Both the position numbers and the translations under genes were made by a program. 33,897 nt of DNA from a virus. The notes under the pieces are model-generated. The model saw only the letters and a list, made by a program, of their open reading frames with translations, was not told the origin of the DNA and did no database searches. This document shows, piece by piece, positions 23,759 to 30,229 of this stretch (position 1 is the first letter of the stretch; each line of letters opens with the position of its first letter). Location of the stretch: positions 1-33,897 of IMG/VR virus record IMGVR_UViG_3300044712_000063, one strand, 5' to 3'.

Positions 23759-24238
23759 ATGACATTCATACATAGAACTGCAATAATAGGAGACAATGTA
23801 CAAATAGGTGATAATGTGTACATAGGTGCATACTGCATCATAGGATCTGCACCTGAGTGGAAAGGCAAAGAGAAAGAGGACAAAGGTGTGATCATTCACA
23901 ATGGGGCTAGATTGACAGGACTGGTGACAGTAGATTCAGGGGCAGAAAAGCCTACAGTGATAGGTGAGAACTGCTACCTGATGAAACACAGCCATGTAGG
24001 TCATGATGCCACATTAGAGGATGGTGTCACTTTAAGCTGTGGGGCAAAAGTGGGTGGACATTCTATCATAGGCAAAGGGACAAACATAGGACTGAATGCA
24101 GTGATCCATCAGAAACTGAATGTGCCAGGTGGGTGCATGATAGGTGCATCAGCATTCATAGGAAAGAAAACAGAATTGAAACCAAATGCAAAGTATGCAG
24201 GTGTGCCTGCCAAATATATAGGAGAAAACATCAGATGA
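23759..24238 (+). CDS. Left-handed beta-helix (hexapeptide-repeat) acyltransferase, LpxA-like, lacking the C-terminal helical domain
   Basis: Hexapeptide repeats run from 'IHRTAIIGDNVQIGDNVYIG'. 'LMKHSHVGHDATLEDGVTLSCGAKVGGHSIIG' parallels the E. coli LpxA 'AHIAHDC' catalytic-His region as I remember it. It is 159 aa versus about 260 aa for LpxA. Confidence 0.65.
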   Translation: MTFIHRTAIIGDNVQIGDNVYIGAYCIIGSAPEWKGKEKEDKGVIIHNGARLTGLVTVDSGAEKPTVIGENCYLMKHSHVGHDATLEDGVTLSCGAKVGGHSIIGKGTNIGLNAVIHQKLNVPGGCMIGASAFIGKKTELKPNAKYAGVPAKYIGENIR

Positions 24239-24861
24239 GAGTAGCAGTCATATTTTTAAATTATCAGAGGCATGATCATACATCCAGGACACTGGAAAGC
24301 ATCCACAATGCAGGGCATCCATTTGACCTGTTCACTATTGACAGGAAAGGCATTGCAGCTGCCATCAATGAGGGGCTAGATAAGGCATGGGACTATGATG
24401 CAATAGTCACAGCAGCAAATGACATAGTAATGCCTGACAACTGGCTTAAAACAATGATAGGCTATATCCAGGCAATACCAAACACAGGTATGTGTGGAAT
24501 CCACTGTGTAGAGGGTGCAGGTACACCTGAAAATATCAATGGTGTGCTAGTCAATAGATCATTCACAGCATTTGGCAATGTGATCATACCTGCCACAGCA
24601 TTCAGAGAGGTGGGCTACTTTGCAGAGGAATACGATCCATACGGAATGCAGGATTCTGACTATTCATATAGACTTAACAAACTAGGCTTTGTCAATTACT
24701 ACATCCCTAGCATCACCAGCAATCACATAGGCCATGATGTAGGTCAGCAAACTGACTACAGAAAGATGAAAGATGAGGGGCTTAACAAAGCACAGGATGT
24801 ATGGAATAAATTGACAGCCTGGTATGATTCAACTAATAACTACAAAAGATTGAAAAGATGA
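24235..24861 (+). CDS. Glycosyltransferase family 2
   Basis: 'VAVIFLNYQRHDHT...', 'AAAINEGL', 'VTAANDIVMPDNW' and 'MQDSDYSYRL' give a GT-A/GT2 pattern. ATG at 24235 overlaps the upstream TGA. The track's start at 24133 is an out-of-frame overlap with the acyltransferase gene. Confidence 0.7.
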   Translation: MRVAVIFLNYQRHDHTSRTLESIHNAGHPFDLFTIDRKGIAAAINEGLDKAWDYDAIVTAANDIVMPDNWLKTMIGYIQAIPNTGMCGIHCVEGAGTPENINGVLVNRSFTAFGNVIIPATAFREVGYFAEEYDPYGMQDSDYSYRLNKLGFVNYYIPSITSNHIGHDVGQQTDYRKMKDEGLNKAQDVWNKLTAWYDSTNNYKRLKR

Positions 24862-25124
24862 TACCTATAGTGATACCAATTTTGTGCCACAATGATGAGA
24901 CTATTGTGCTGAGAGACTTAGATGTAAAAACTACCTACACTAGATTGACTGAGGTAGATTTCATGTTTTTCACCATAGACTTTGCATGTAGGTATGAACA
25001 GGATGGGAAAGAGTACACAGAGATAGTATCAGGTGAGGATTCATTTGTGAGCAGTCTATCATTCAAACAATTTCAGGACATAGTGTATAAAACAAATATT
25101 TATGGCAAAGGCAGCAGCAACTAA
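24858..25124 (+). CDS. Hypothetical protein
   Basis: 88-aa ORF with an ATGA overlap to the upstream gene. Confidence 0.55.
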   Translation: MIPIVIPILCHNDETIVLRDLDVKTTYTRLTEVDFMFFTIDFACRYEQDGKEYTEIVSGEDSFVSSLSFKQFQDIVYKTNIYGKGSSN

Positions 25125-25596
25125 GAAAAAAGCTGCATCTAAAAAGGCAGCAGAAAAGAAACCAGTGGGGAGACCTAAAAACATAGAGACACCTGAGATC
25201 ATGTGGCAGCTATTCCAGCAATATGCAAAAGAGACAAAGAGCAAACCATTAATAGTGAAAGACTGGGTGGGTGGCATAGCAAAAGAGGTCTACAGAGAAA
25301 AGGAAAGGCCATTAACATTGGAGGGCTTTGAAATCTTTGTGATGGACAAACTAGACATGTCAGATCTAGATCAGTATTTTGCAAATAGAGAGGGCAGGTA
25401 CACAAATTTTGTGTCTGTCTGTTCACGCATAAGGAAAAACATCAGAGAGGATCAGATAGCAGGCGGCATGGCAGGGATATACAATCCATCCATCACACAG
25501 CGGTTGAATGGTCTGACTGAAAAGATCCAGGAAGATGGTAACAAAGAGGTGACCATCAAAGTGAAGTACGAAAAGAAAGAAACACCAAAAGACTAG
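25102..25596 (+). CDS. terS: Terminase small subunit
   Basis: It has a Lys/Ala-rich N-terminus, 'GRPKNIETPE', 'PLTLEGFEIFV' (HTH) and '...IAGGMAGIYNPSI', a remembered Terminase_2-type pattern. It lies upstream of terL. Confidence 0.7.
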   Translation: MAKAAATKKKAASKKAAEKKPVGRPKNIETPEIMWQLFQQYAKETKSKPLIVKDWVGGIAKEVYREKERPLTLEGFEIFVMDKLDMSDLDQYFANREGRYTNFVSVCSRIRKNIREDQIAGGMAGIYNPSITQRLNGLTEKIQEDGNKEVTIKVKYEKKETPKD

Positions 25597-25619
25597 CTGA
25601 TGGGTGATTAAGATCAGCT
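25595..25619 (+). other. Perfect 7-bp-stem hairpin / palindrome just after terS (no U-tract)
   Basis: AGCTGAT (25595-25601) pairs with ATCAGCT (25613-25619), loop 11 nt. Confidence 0.4.
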
Positions 25620-25656
25620 GAATAGATAACAAAAGCACATTTTAAAAAACATACCT

Positions 25657-25962
25657 ATGAAATGGAAACACAAAGTAACTGGATGGACTGCACAGACAGC
25701 ATATTATGAAATGCCAAAATCATCAATTACATGTACAATGATAAAAGATGATAAGCAGGTAAATTTTCATATACCACACGAATTGATTGATGCTGATGAT
25801 AACTGGATACCACAGCCTGATGAAAGATGGCTATATAAGCAAATGACTGCTATGGAGTTTATGGATGCATTTGCAATGACTACTGATCCATCAGGACAAT
25901 CACATGATGCATTTGTTGTAAAATCTTTAATTGATAAAAACTATAATATCACAAACGAATAG
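25657..25962 (+). CDS. Hypothetical protein between terS and terL
   Basis: 101-aa ORF. Its TAG overlaps the terL GTG start. Confidence 0.6.
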   Translation: MKWKHKVTGWTAQTAYYEMPKSSITCTMIKDDKQVNFHIPHELIDADDNWIPQPDERWLYKQMTAMEFMDAFAMTTDPSGQSHDAFVVKSLIDKNYNITNE

Positions 25963-27131
25963 TGGAAAAGACAGTCAGACTAAATGAATTGCATGTAAAC
26001 CAGCAAAAGGTAGTAGATGGCCATAAAAGGTTTTCTGTGCTATCATGTGGTAGAAGATGGGGCAAATCAGCCCTGGCTATCAATCTACTATCTGAGACTG
26101 CCATAGATGGCAAACTAGCTGGGTATTTCACACCTACATACAAACTACTTGATGGGACATTCAATGAGTGCCTGCATGCATTAGAGCCTATCATATCCAG
26201 GAAAAATGATCATCAATTCATTGAACTGATCACAGGTGGCAAAATAGAGTTTTGGAGTTTAGAGAATGAACTGGCAGGTAGATCTAGGAGGTATCACAGA
26301 AACATCATAGATGAAGCGGCATTCGTCAAAAACCTATGGCACAGATGGACTGAATCAATCAGACCTACACTGACAGACTTTAAAGGGGATGCATTCTTTC
26401 TGTCTACACCTAAGGGCAAAAATGACTTTCATAGAATATGGCAGAGAGGCAAATCAGGTGACAAAGGATGGACTAGCTGGCAGATGTCCACCTATGACAA
26501 TCCCTACATAGATCCTAGTGAGATTGATGAGGCTAGATCAGATCTGCCTGAGTTAGCATTCAGCCAGGAATACATGGCAGAGTTCAATGAGAATGTGGCA
26601 AATCCGTTTGGTGCTATGTTTATCCAGCAGTGTACCTATCCAATGAGCAATGAGCCAGCGGTATGCTATGGCATTGACCTGGCAAAGTCTTTTGACTACA
26701 CAGTGATCATAGGCCTAGATAACAATGGCACAGTGTGTCACTTTGATCGTTTCCAGGAAGATTGGAGGTCTACTAAGCAGAGGATCATGAATCTGCCCAG
26801 GTCACCTATCCTGATGGATAGCACTGGTGTGGGTGATCCTATCTTTGAGGATCTACAGGCACAGGGACTAGATGTGACAGGGTTTAAATTCAGCAGCACA
26901 TCTAAGCAGCAGCTGATGACAGGACTGCAAACAGCAATACAGCAAAGAAAGATTGCATTTCCTGAGGGTGCGATCACAGCTGAACTGAACATCTTTGAAT
27001 ATGAGTTCACACCAGGTGGTGTCAAATATTCTGCACCTAGTGGTTTTCATGATGACTGTGTGATGGCTTTGGCACTGGCATGGAATAACCATAATCAAAG
27101 GAGGGGCAGTGGTAGATACAGCTTTGCGTAA
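25962..27131 (+). CDS. terL: Terminase large subunit
   Basis: Walker A 'CGRRWGKS' and Walker B 'IIDEAAF' are present. Nuclease acidic residues lie in 'YGIDLAKSFDYTVI', 'LMDSTGVGD' and 'FHDDCVMALALA'. The start is GTG. Confidence 0.9.
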   Translation: MEKTVRLNELHVNQQKVVDGHKRFSVLSCGRRWGKSALAINLLSETAIDGKLAGYFTPTYKLLDGTFNECLHALEPIISRKNDHQFIELITGGKIEFWSLENELAGRSRRYHRNIIDEAAFVKNLWHRWTESIRPTLTDFKGDAFFLSTPKGKNDFHRIWQRGKSGDKGWTSWQMSTYDNPYIDPSEIDEARSDLPELAFSQEYMAEFNENVANPFGAMFIQQCTYPMSNEPAVCYGIDLAKSFDYTVIIGLDNNGTVCHFDRFQEDWRSTKQRIMNLPRSPILMDSTGVGDPIFEDLQAQGLDVTGFKFSSTSKQQLMTGLQTAIQQRKIAFPEGAITAELNIFEYEFTPGGVKYSAPSGFHDDCVMALALAWNNHNQRRGSGRYSFA

Positions 27132-27185
27132 AGCTATAGCATTACTTGCCTAAACAAAAAGTCAATTTATTACTTTACTAAATAA

Positions 27186-27261
27186 GAAATATATTTCCAA
27201 AATCATAAAATACTGCATACAAAATCACTACAATTCAATCAAATTAGAAACATATTTCCAA
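27186..27261 (+). repeat. Direct repeat GAAA[T/C]ATATTTCCAA, two copies 61 nt apart, in the AT-rich leader
   Basis: Copies at 27186-27200 and 27247-27261. Each is followed about 20 nt later by ATAAA(A)TACTG. Confidence 0.5.
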
Positions 27262-27308
27262 TTTTAAAATTCAGTATAAATACTGATAAATAGTAAAAGA
27301 TATTGTAC

Positions 27309-27316
27309 TATATTTG
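27309..27316 (+). promoter_or_regulatory. TAtaTTTG -7 box upstream of the moron array
   Basis: Exact TAnnTTTG match 24 nt upstream of the ATG at 27340. No clean -33 TTTG was seen. Confidence 0.45.
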
Positions 27317-27339
27317 TGTTTCAACAAAACCAATAAACT

Positions 27340-27783
27340 ATGAAAACATTTAAAGAGCTATTTGCTGGTACTGGAATAGAACCAACAACAAATGAAAATG
27401 GTGGTGTAGATTACAATTTTAATGCTACATTAAAAACAAACGCAGAAGCTTCTGACAAAGCTGTTCTATTAACACCAAAAGGTACATTAACAATAGGAGA
27501 GGAGTATTCAAGTCCTTCTATATCATTCTATAAAAATAATGAAGTTGAAGATGTTATTACTATTAAGTACACTAAGTTTATGTATAAGGGCGAAGAAGTA
27601 AAAGATTTGCAGACCATTTACGATATAATCAAATCATTAACAACAATAGAACTGCCAAGTGATTGGGATATAGATAAAGAAGCATTTAAAGTGCCATTTG
27701 ATGGTAGTGATAACTTTTATGATAGAAGTTTTATCAAGGGTGCTAAATGGATGAAAGAACAAATACTTAACCAAAACAAATAA
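27340..27783 (+). CDS. Moron-array ORF A, unknown function (147 aa)
   Basis: Low-GC ORF with no TM segment or signal peptide. It ends '...NQNK' inside the junction element. Confidence 0.7.
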   Translation: MKTFKELFAGTGIEPTTNENGGVDYNFNATLKTNAEASDKAVLLTPKGTLTIGEEYSSPSISFYKNNEVEDVITIKYTKFMYKGEEVKDLQTIYDIIKSLTTIELPSDWDIDKEAFKVPFDGSDNFYDRSFIKGAKWMKEQILNQNK

Positions 27784-27789
27784 CCTATG
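27769..27789 (+). repeat. Junction element copy 1: AACCAAAACAAATAACCTATG
   Basis: It spans the last four codons, the stop of ORF A and the ATG of ORF B. Confidence 0.85.
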
Positions 27790-27975
27790 AACAAAGATAA
27801 TATGGAAGATCAACTAATGCATACGCCAATAACAAGAGTAGAGGTGATTAACCACGCTAAAAATGATAAACCTATTGGTAGATTGTTAACGCTATATAAA
27901 GAGTTAGGCGATTTCCGTTCGGTTGAATTATCATTTCAAGATGGAGGCAAAACATTAAAAATATTTTTAGACTAA
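27787..27975 (+). CDS. Moron-array ORF B, unknown function (62 aa)
   Basis: Low-GC ORF. Confidence 0.6.
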   Translation: MNKDNMEDQLMHTPITRVEVINHAKNDKPIGRLLTLYKELGDFRSVELSFQDGGKTLKIFLD

Positions 27976-27988
27976 CAAATAACCTATG
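27974..27988 (+). repeat. Junction element copy 2 (3' 15 nt only): AACAAATAACCTATG
   Basis: Here the internal TAA is not the stop codon of ORF B, whose stop is at 27973-27975. Confidence 0.8.
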
Positions 27989-28198
27989 GAAGAGAATACA
28001 AAAGATTTAAAAAATTTATGGGAAGTAGTTAATGCTTTATGCATTTTTAATAAAGGATGGAGTACTGATAATGAAAAAATATTATTTGATAATGCTTCTG
28101 AAATAATAACTAAAAGAGCAGATTATCTTCAATTATTAAACGATAAAAAACTTATAGAAGATAAAATGGAAAAATATTTTCCAAACCAAAACAAATAA
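27986..28198 (+). CDS. Moron-array ORF C, unknown function (70 aa)
   Basis: Low-GC ORF ending '...NQNK'. Confidence 0.6.
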   Translation: MEENTKDLKNLWEVVNALCIFNKGWSTDNEKILFDNASEIITKRADYLQLLNDKKLIEDKMEKYFPNQNK

Positions 28199-28204
28199 CC
28201 CATG
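28184..28204 (+). repeat. Junction element copy 3: AACCAAAACAAATAACCCATG
   Basis: Read directly. Confidence 0.85.
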
Positions 28205-28480
28205 AAAACAGCAATGCAAGAAGCAATAGAAATAATTGAAGAAAGGTTAAAAATATTATCTATTGTACAACAAACCGAATCAACTATGGGATCAATATCA
28301 GGGTATCAATACTCAAAATATCTATTGATGGATTTACTTGAAAAAGAAAAAAAGCAGATAAAAATACTGACTGATGCACTTGAAAGAATTAAAGATTGGG
28401 ATGATGAAATGCATAGTGAATGGGATGATCAAGGAGAATTTGCAAGATTTACACTAAAAACTTATAACCAAAACAAATAA
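28202..28480 (+). CDS. Moron-array ORF D, unknown function (92 aa, acidic, Trp/Asp-rich C-terminal half)
   Basis: Low-GC ORF ending '...NQNK'. Confidence 0.65.
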   Translation: MKTAMQEAIEIIEERLKILSIVQQTESTMGSISGYQYSKYLLMDLLEKEKKQIKILTDALERIKDWDDEMHSEWDDQGEFARFTLKTYNQNK

Positions 28481-28486
28481 CCCATG
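28466..28486 (+). repeat. Junction element copy 4: AACCAAAACAAATAACCCATG
   Basis: Read directly. Confidence 0.85.
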
Positions 28487-28696
28487 AACACACCATTACA
28501 AAACCTAAAGTATTATTTTAGAAATGATGAAACGATTACAAAAAGAGAATTAGAAAGAGCCATTGATGCATTATTTGATAATGAGAGATCATTTTTTATA
28601 GAGGCTTTTAATAAGGGAGTTGCATCTACAGGAGTAATATCTTTAGGGTTAAATAAAGGATTGGATTCTTACAATAGCCTATACAAAACAAACTAG
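28484..28696 (+). CDS. Moron-array ORF E, unknown function (70 aa)
   Basis: Low-GC ORF, followed by a terminator. Confidence 0.6.
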   Translation: MNTPLQNLKYYFRNDETITKRELERAIDALFDNERSFFIEAFNKGVASTGVISLGLNKGLDSYNSLYKTN

Positions 28697-28729
28697 TATA
28701 AGAATTAAACAAAACAATCAATTTGAAAG

Positions 28730-28754
28730 CCCAGCCCAAAAAGCTGGGTTTTTC
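28730..28754 (+). terminator. Rho-independent terminator closing the moron array
   Basis: CCCAGC (28730-28735) pairs with GCTGGG (28743-28748), followed by TTTTT. Confidence 0.75.
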
Positions 28755-28765
28755 TATTTATTGGT

Positions 28766-29440
28766 ATGACATGGAAAGACATCAATGTATTTCAGTGGCA
28801 GCAATTAGCTGACCTACAAAACAATAAGGATGGAATATCAGATGAGGATCTGTCCATCAAGACTATTGCAATCATCACAAATCTGACTGAGCAGCAGATC
28901 AAAGAAATGGGTGAAAGAAAACTGTTTAGGATGGCCAGCAGGCTTAAATTCCTACAGAATAAGTTTGAGGTGACACATGTAGACTATATCCATACAAAGA
29001 CTAGGAGGTACAGGTGTGTGTATGACATTAAAGGAATGCCTACAGCTAGATACATTGAATCAAAACACTTTGCAGCAAATTTTGATGATAACATCCACAG
29101 GATTGCAGCTAGTATGGTGATGCCACAAAAAAGAAACTGGTGGGGCAAATGGGTGGATGATAAGTACCAGGCAGAGAAACATGAGCAGTATGCAGATGAT
29201 CTATTGACTGCACCTATCACTGAGGTCTTAGGATCTACGGTTTTTTTTTGTCATGCATACAGGAACTGGATAAGAGTTTCAAAGGGCTATTTGATATGGC
29301 AGATGATGATGACAGCGAAGATGAGCAGGTTGCAAGCAGAGATAGTGTATCAGGGTTTATGCAGCGTTTTGGATGGATTTATCAGGCCACAATCGTATCA
29401 GAGCATGAAAAAATCAGACTTGAACAAGTCTATGATATGA
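28766..29440 (+). CDS. Virion-module protein, zero-frame product (224 aa) of a gene containing a T9 slippery tract
   Basis: The ORF begins 12 nt after the terminator. The zero frame stays open for 64 codons beyond the T9 tract. Confidence 0.6.
   Translation: MTWKDINVFQWQQLADLQNNKDGISDEDLSIKTIAIITNLTEQQIKEMGERKLFRMASRLKFLQNKFEVTHVDYIHTKTRRYRCVYDIKGMPTARYIESKHFAANFDDNIHRIAASMVMPQKRNWWGKWVDDKYQAEKHEQYADDLLTAPITEVLGSTVFFCHAYRNWIRVSKGYLIWQMMMTAKMSRLQAEIVYQGLCSVLDGFIRPQSYQSMKKSDLNKSMI
29242..29248 (+). other. T_TTT_TTT slippery heptamer within a T9 run (29241-29249), in phase for -1 frameshifting
   Basis: Zero-frame codons are GTT TTT TTT TGT. A -1 shift continues as L-S-C-I-Q-E-L-D-K..., which is the 29248..29535 ORF. 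Confidence 0.5.
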
Positions 29441-29535
29441 TGACAATACAATTTTTAAATGACCTATCCTATTTGAAAGCAAAAGCAGAGTATGACAAAG
29501 AGCAGATAAAAAAATCGTATGGCCAAAAGCATTAA
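29248..29535 (+). CDS. -1 frame continuation (95 codons). With 28766..29248 it would give a fusion of about 256 aa. Alternatively it is an independent 79-aa ORF from ATG 29296.
   Basis: The sequence looks like real protein ('MADDDDSEDEQVASRDS...FGWIYQATIVSEHEKIRLEQVYDMM...'). It overlaps the zero-frame ORF by 193 nt. Confidence 0.55.
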   Translation: MSCIQELDKSFKGLFDMADDDDSEDEQVASRDSVSGFMQRFGWIYQATIVSEHEKIRLEQVYDMMTIQFLNDLSYLKAKAEYDKEQIKKSYGQKH

Positions 29536-30226
29536 GCAAATACAGGATGAGATAGTGAATGATGGATTCCTGGACAATCTAGGGAATGATTCTACAGACT
29601 ATGCAGAAATGGGTGAGTTCCCATCAGTAGAGCAGTTCATGATCAGATCTGCTGCTGCATTTGTGCTGCAAATAAAAGAGGTACTGAATAGGCAGGGGAA
29701 AGTATCTAGTGGAGGTTTAGAGGATGGCATATCAGATGGTGGGCTTAATAAGACAGGGAATGGCTATCAGATCAGCATAGGATGGGATGCATCAGATCCT
29801 GCATCAAAGTACTATGATTTTGTCAATAAGGGTGTCAAAGGTGTAGTGTCAGGCAATCCATCCAGCAGCCCCTATGCATTTAAAAATCTGAAAGTATCTA
29901 GGAATATGCAAAAAAGCATTTTACTATGGTACAGAAAAAGAGGCAATGCAGCTAGAAATGAAGATCAAAGAAAAAAGCTATCAGCTACACAAAGGAAAAA
30001 TAGAAGTCTGAAAAGGAAAGTAGATGCAGCTACAAATCTGAAATCAATGGCCTATGCTACAGCTGTGAACATTAAAAAGAAAGGTATCAAAAGATCAGGA
30101 TTCTTTGATGACACCATCAATAGTGTATTTGGACAAAGTTTTCTAGATGCACTATCTAAGGTAGTAGGCCAGGATGTGAGAATAGCAATCAGGCAAGCAA
30201 ATAACAAATTAAACGAAAATAAGTAA
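29519..30226 (+). CDS. Hypothetical virion protein
   Basis: 235-aa ORF with a basic central region ('RKRGNAARNEDQRKKLSATQRKNRSLKRK'). Confidence 0.65.
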   Translation: MAKSIKQIQDEIVNDGFLDNLGNDSTDYAEMGEFPSVEQFMIRSAAAFVLQIKEVLNRQGKVSSGGLEDGISDGGLNKTGNGYQISIGWDASDPASKYYDFVNKGVKGVVSGNPSSSPYAFKNLKVSRNMQKSILLWYRKRGNAARNEDQRKKLSATQRKNRSLKRKVDAATNLKSMAYATAVNIKKKGIKRSGFFDDTINSVFGQSFLDALSKVVGQDVRIAIRQANNKLNENK

Positions 30227-30229
30227 GAC

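Noticed and set aside
27132-27339. tRNA or other RNA genes in the larger non-coding gaps (27132-27339, 21280-21377, 18232-18354, 14861-14974, 15532-15617)
   Set aside because: I could not fold a cloverleaf with a GTTC-type T-arm or an acceptor stem. The gaps are very AT-rich and are better explained by promoters, terminators and small ORFs.
27769-28486. Whether the four junction repeats form a CRISPR-like array
   Set aside because: The intervening segments are 185-260 nt of unequal length, and each is a complete ORF. The repeats are not palindromic, contain stop and start codons, and no cas genes are present.
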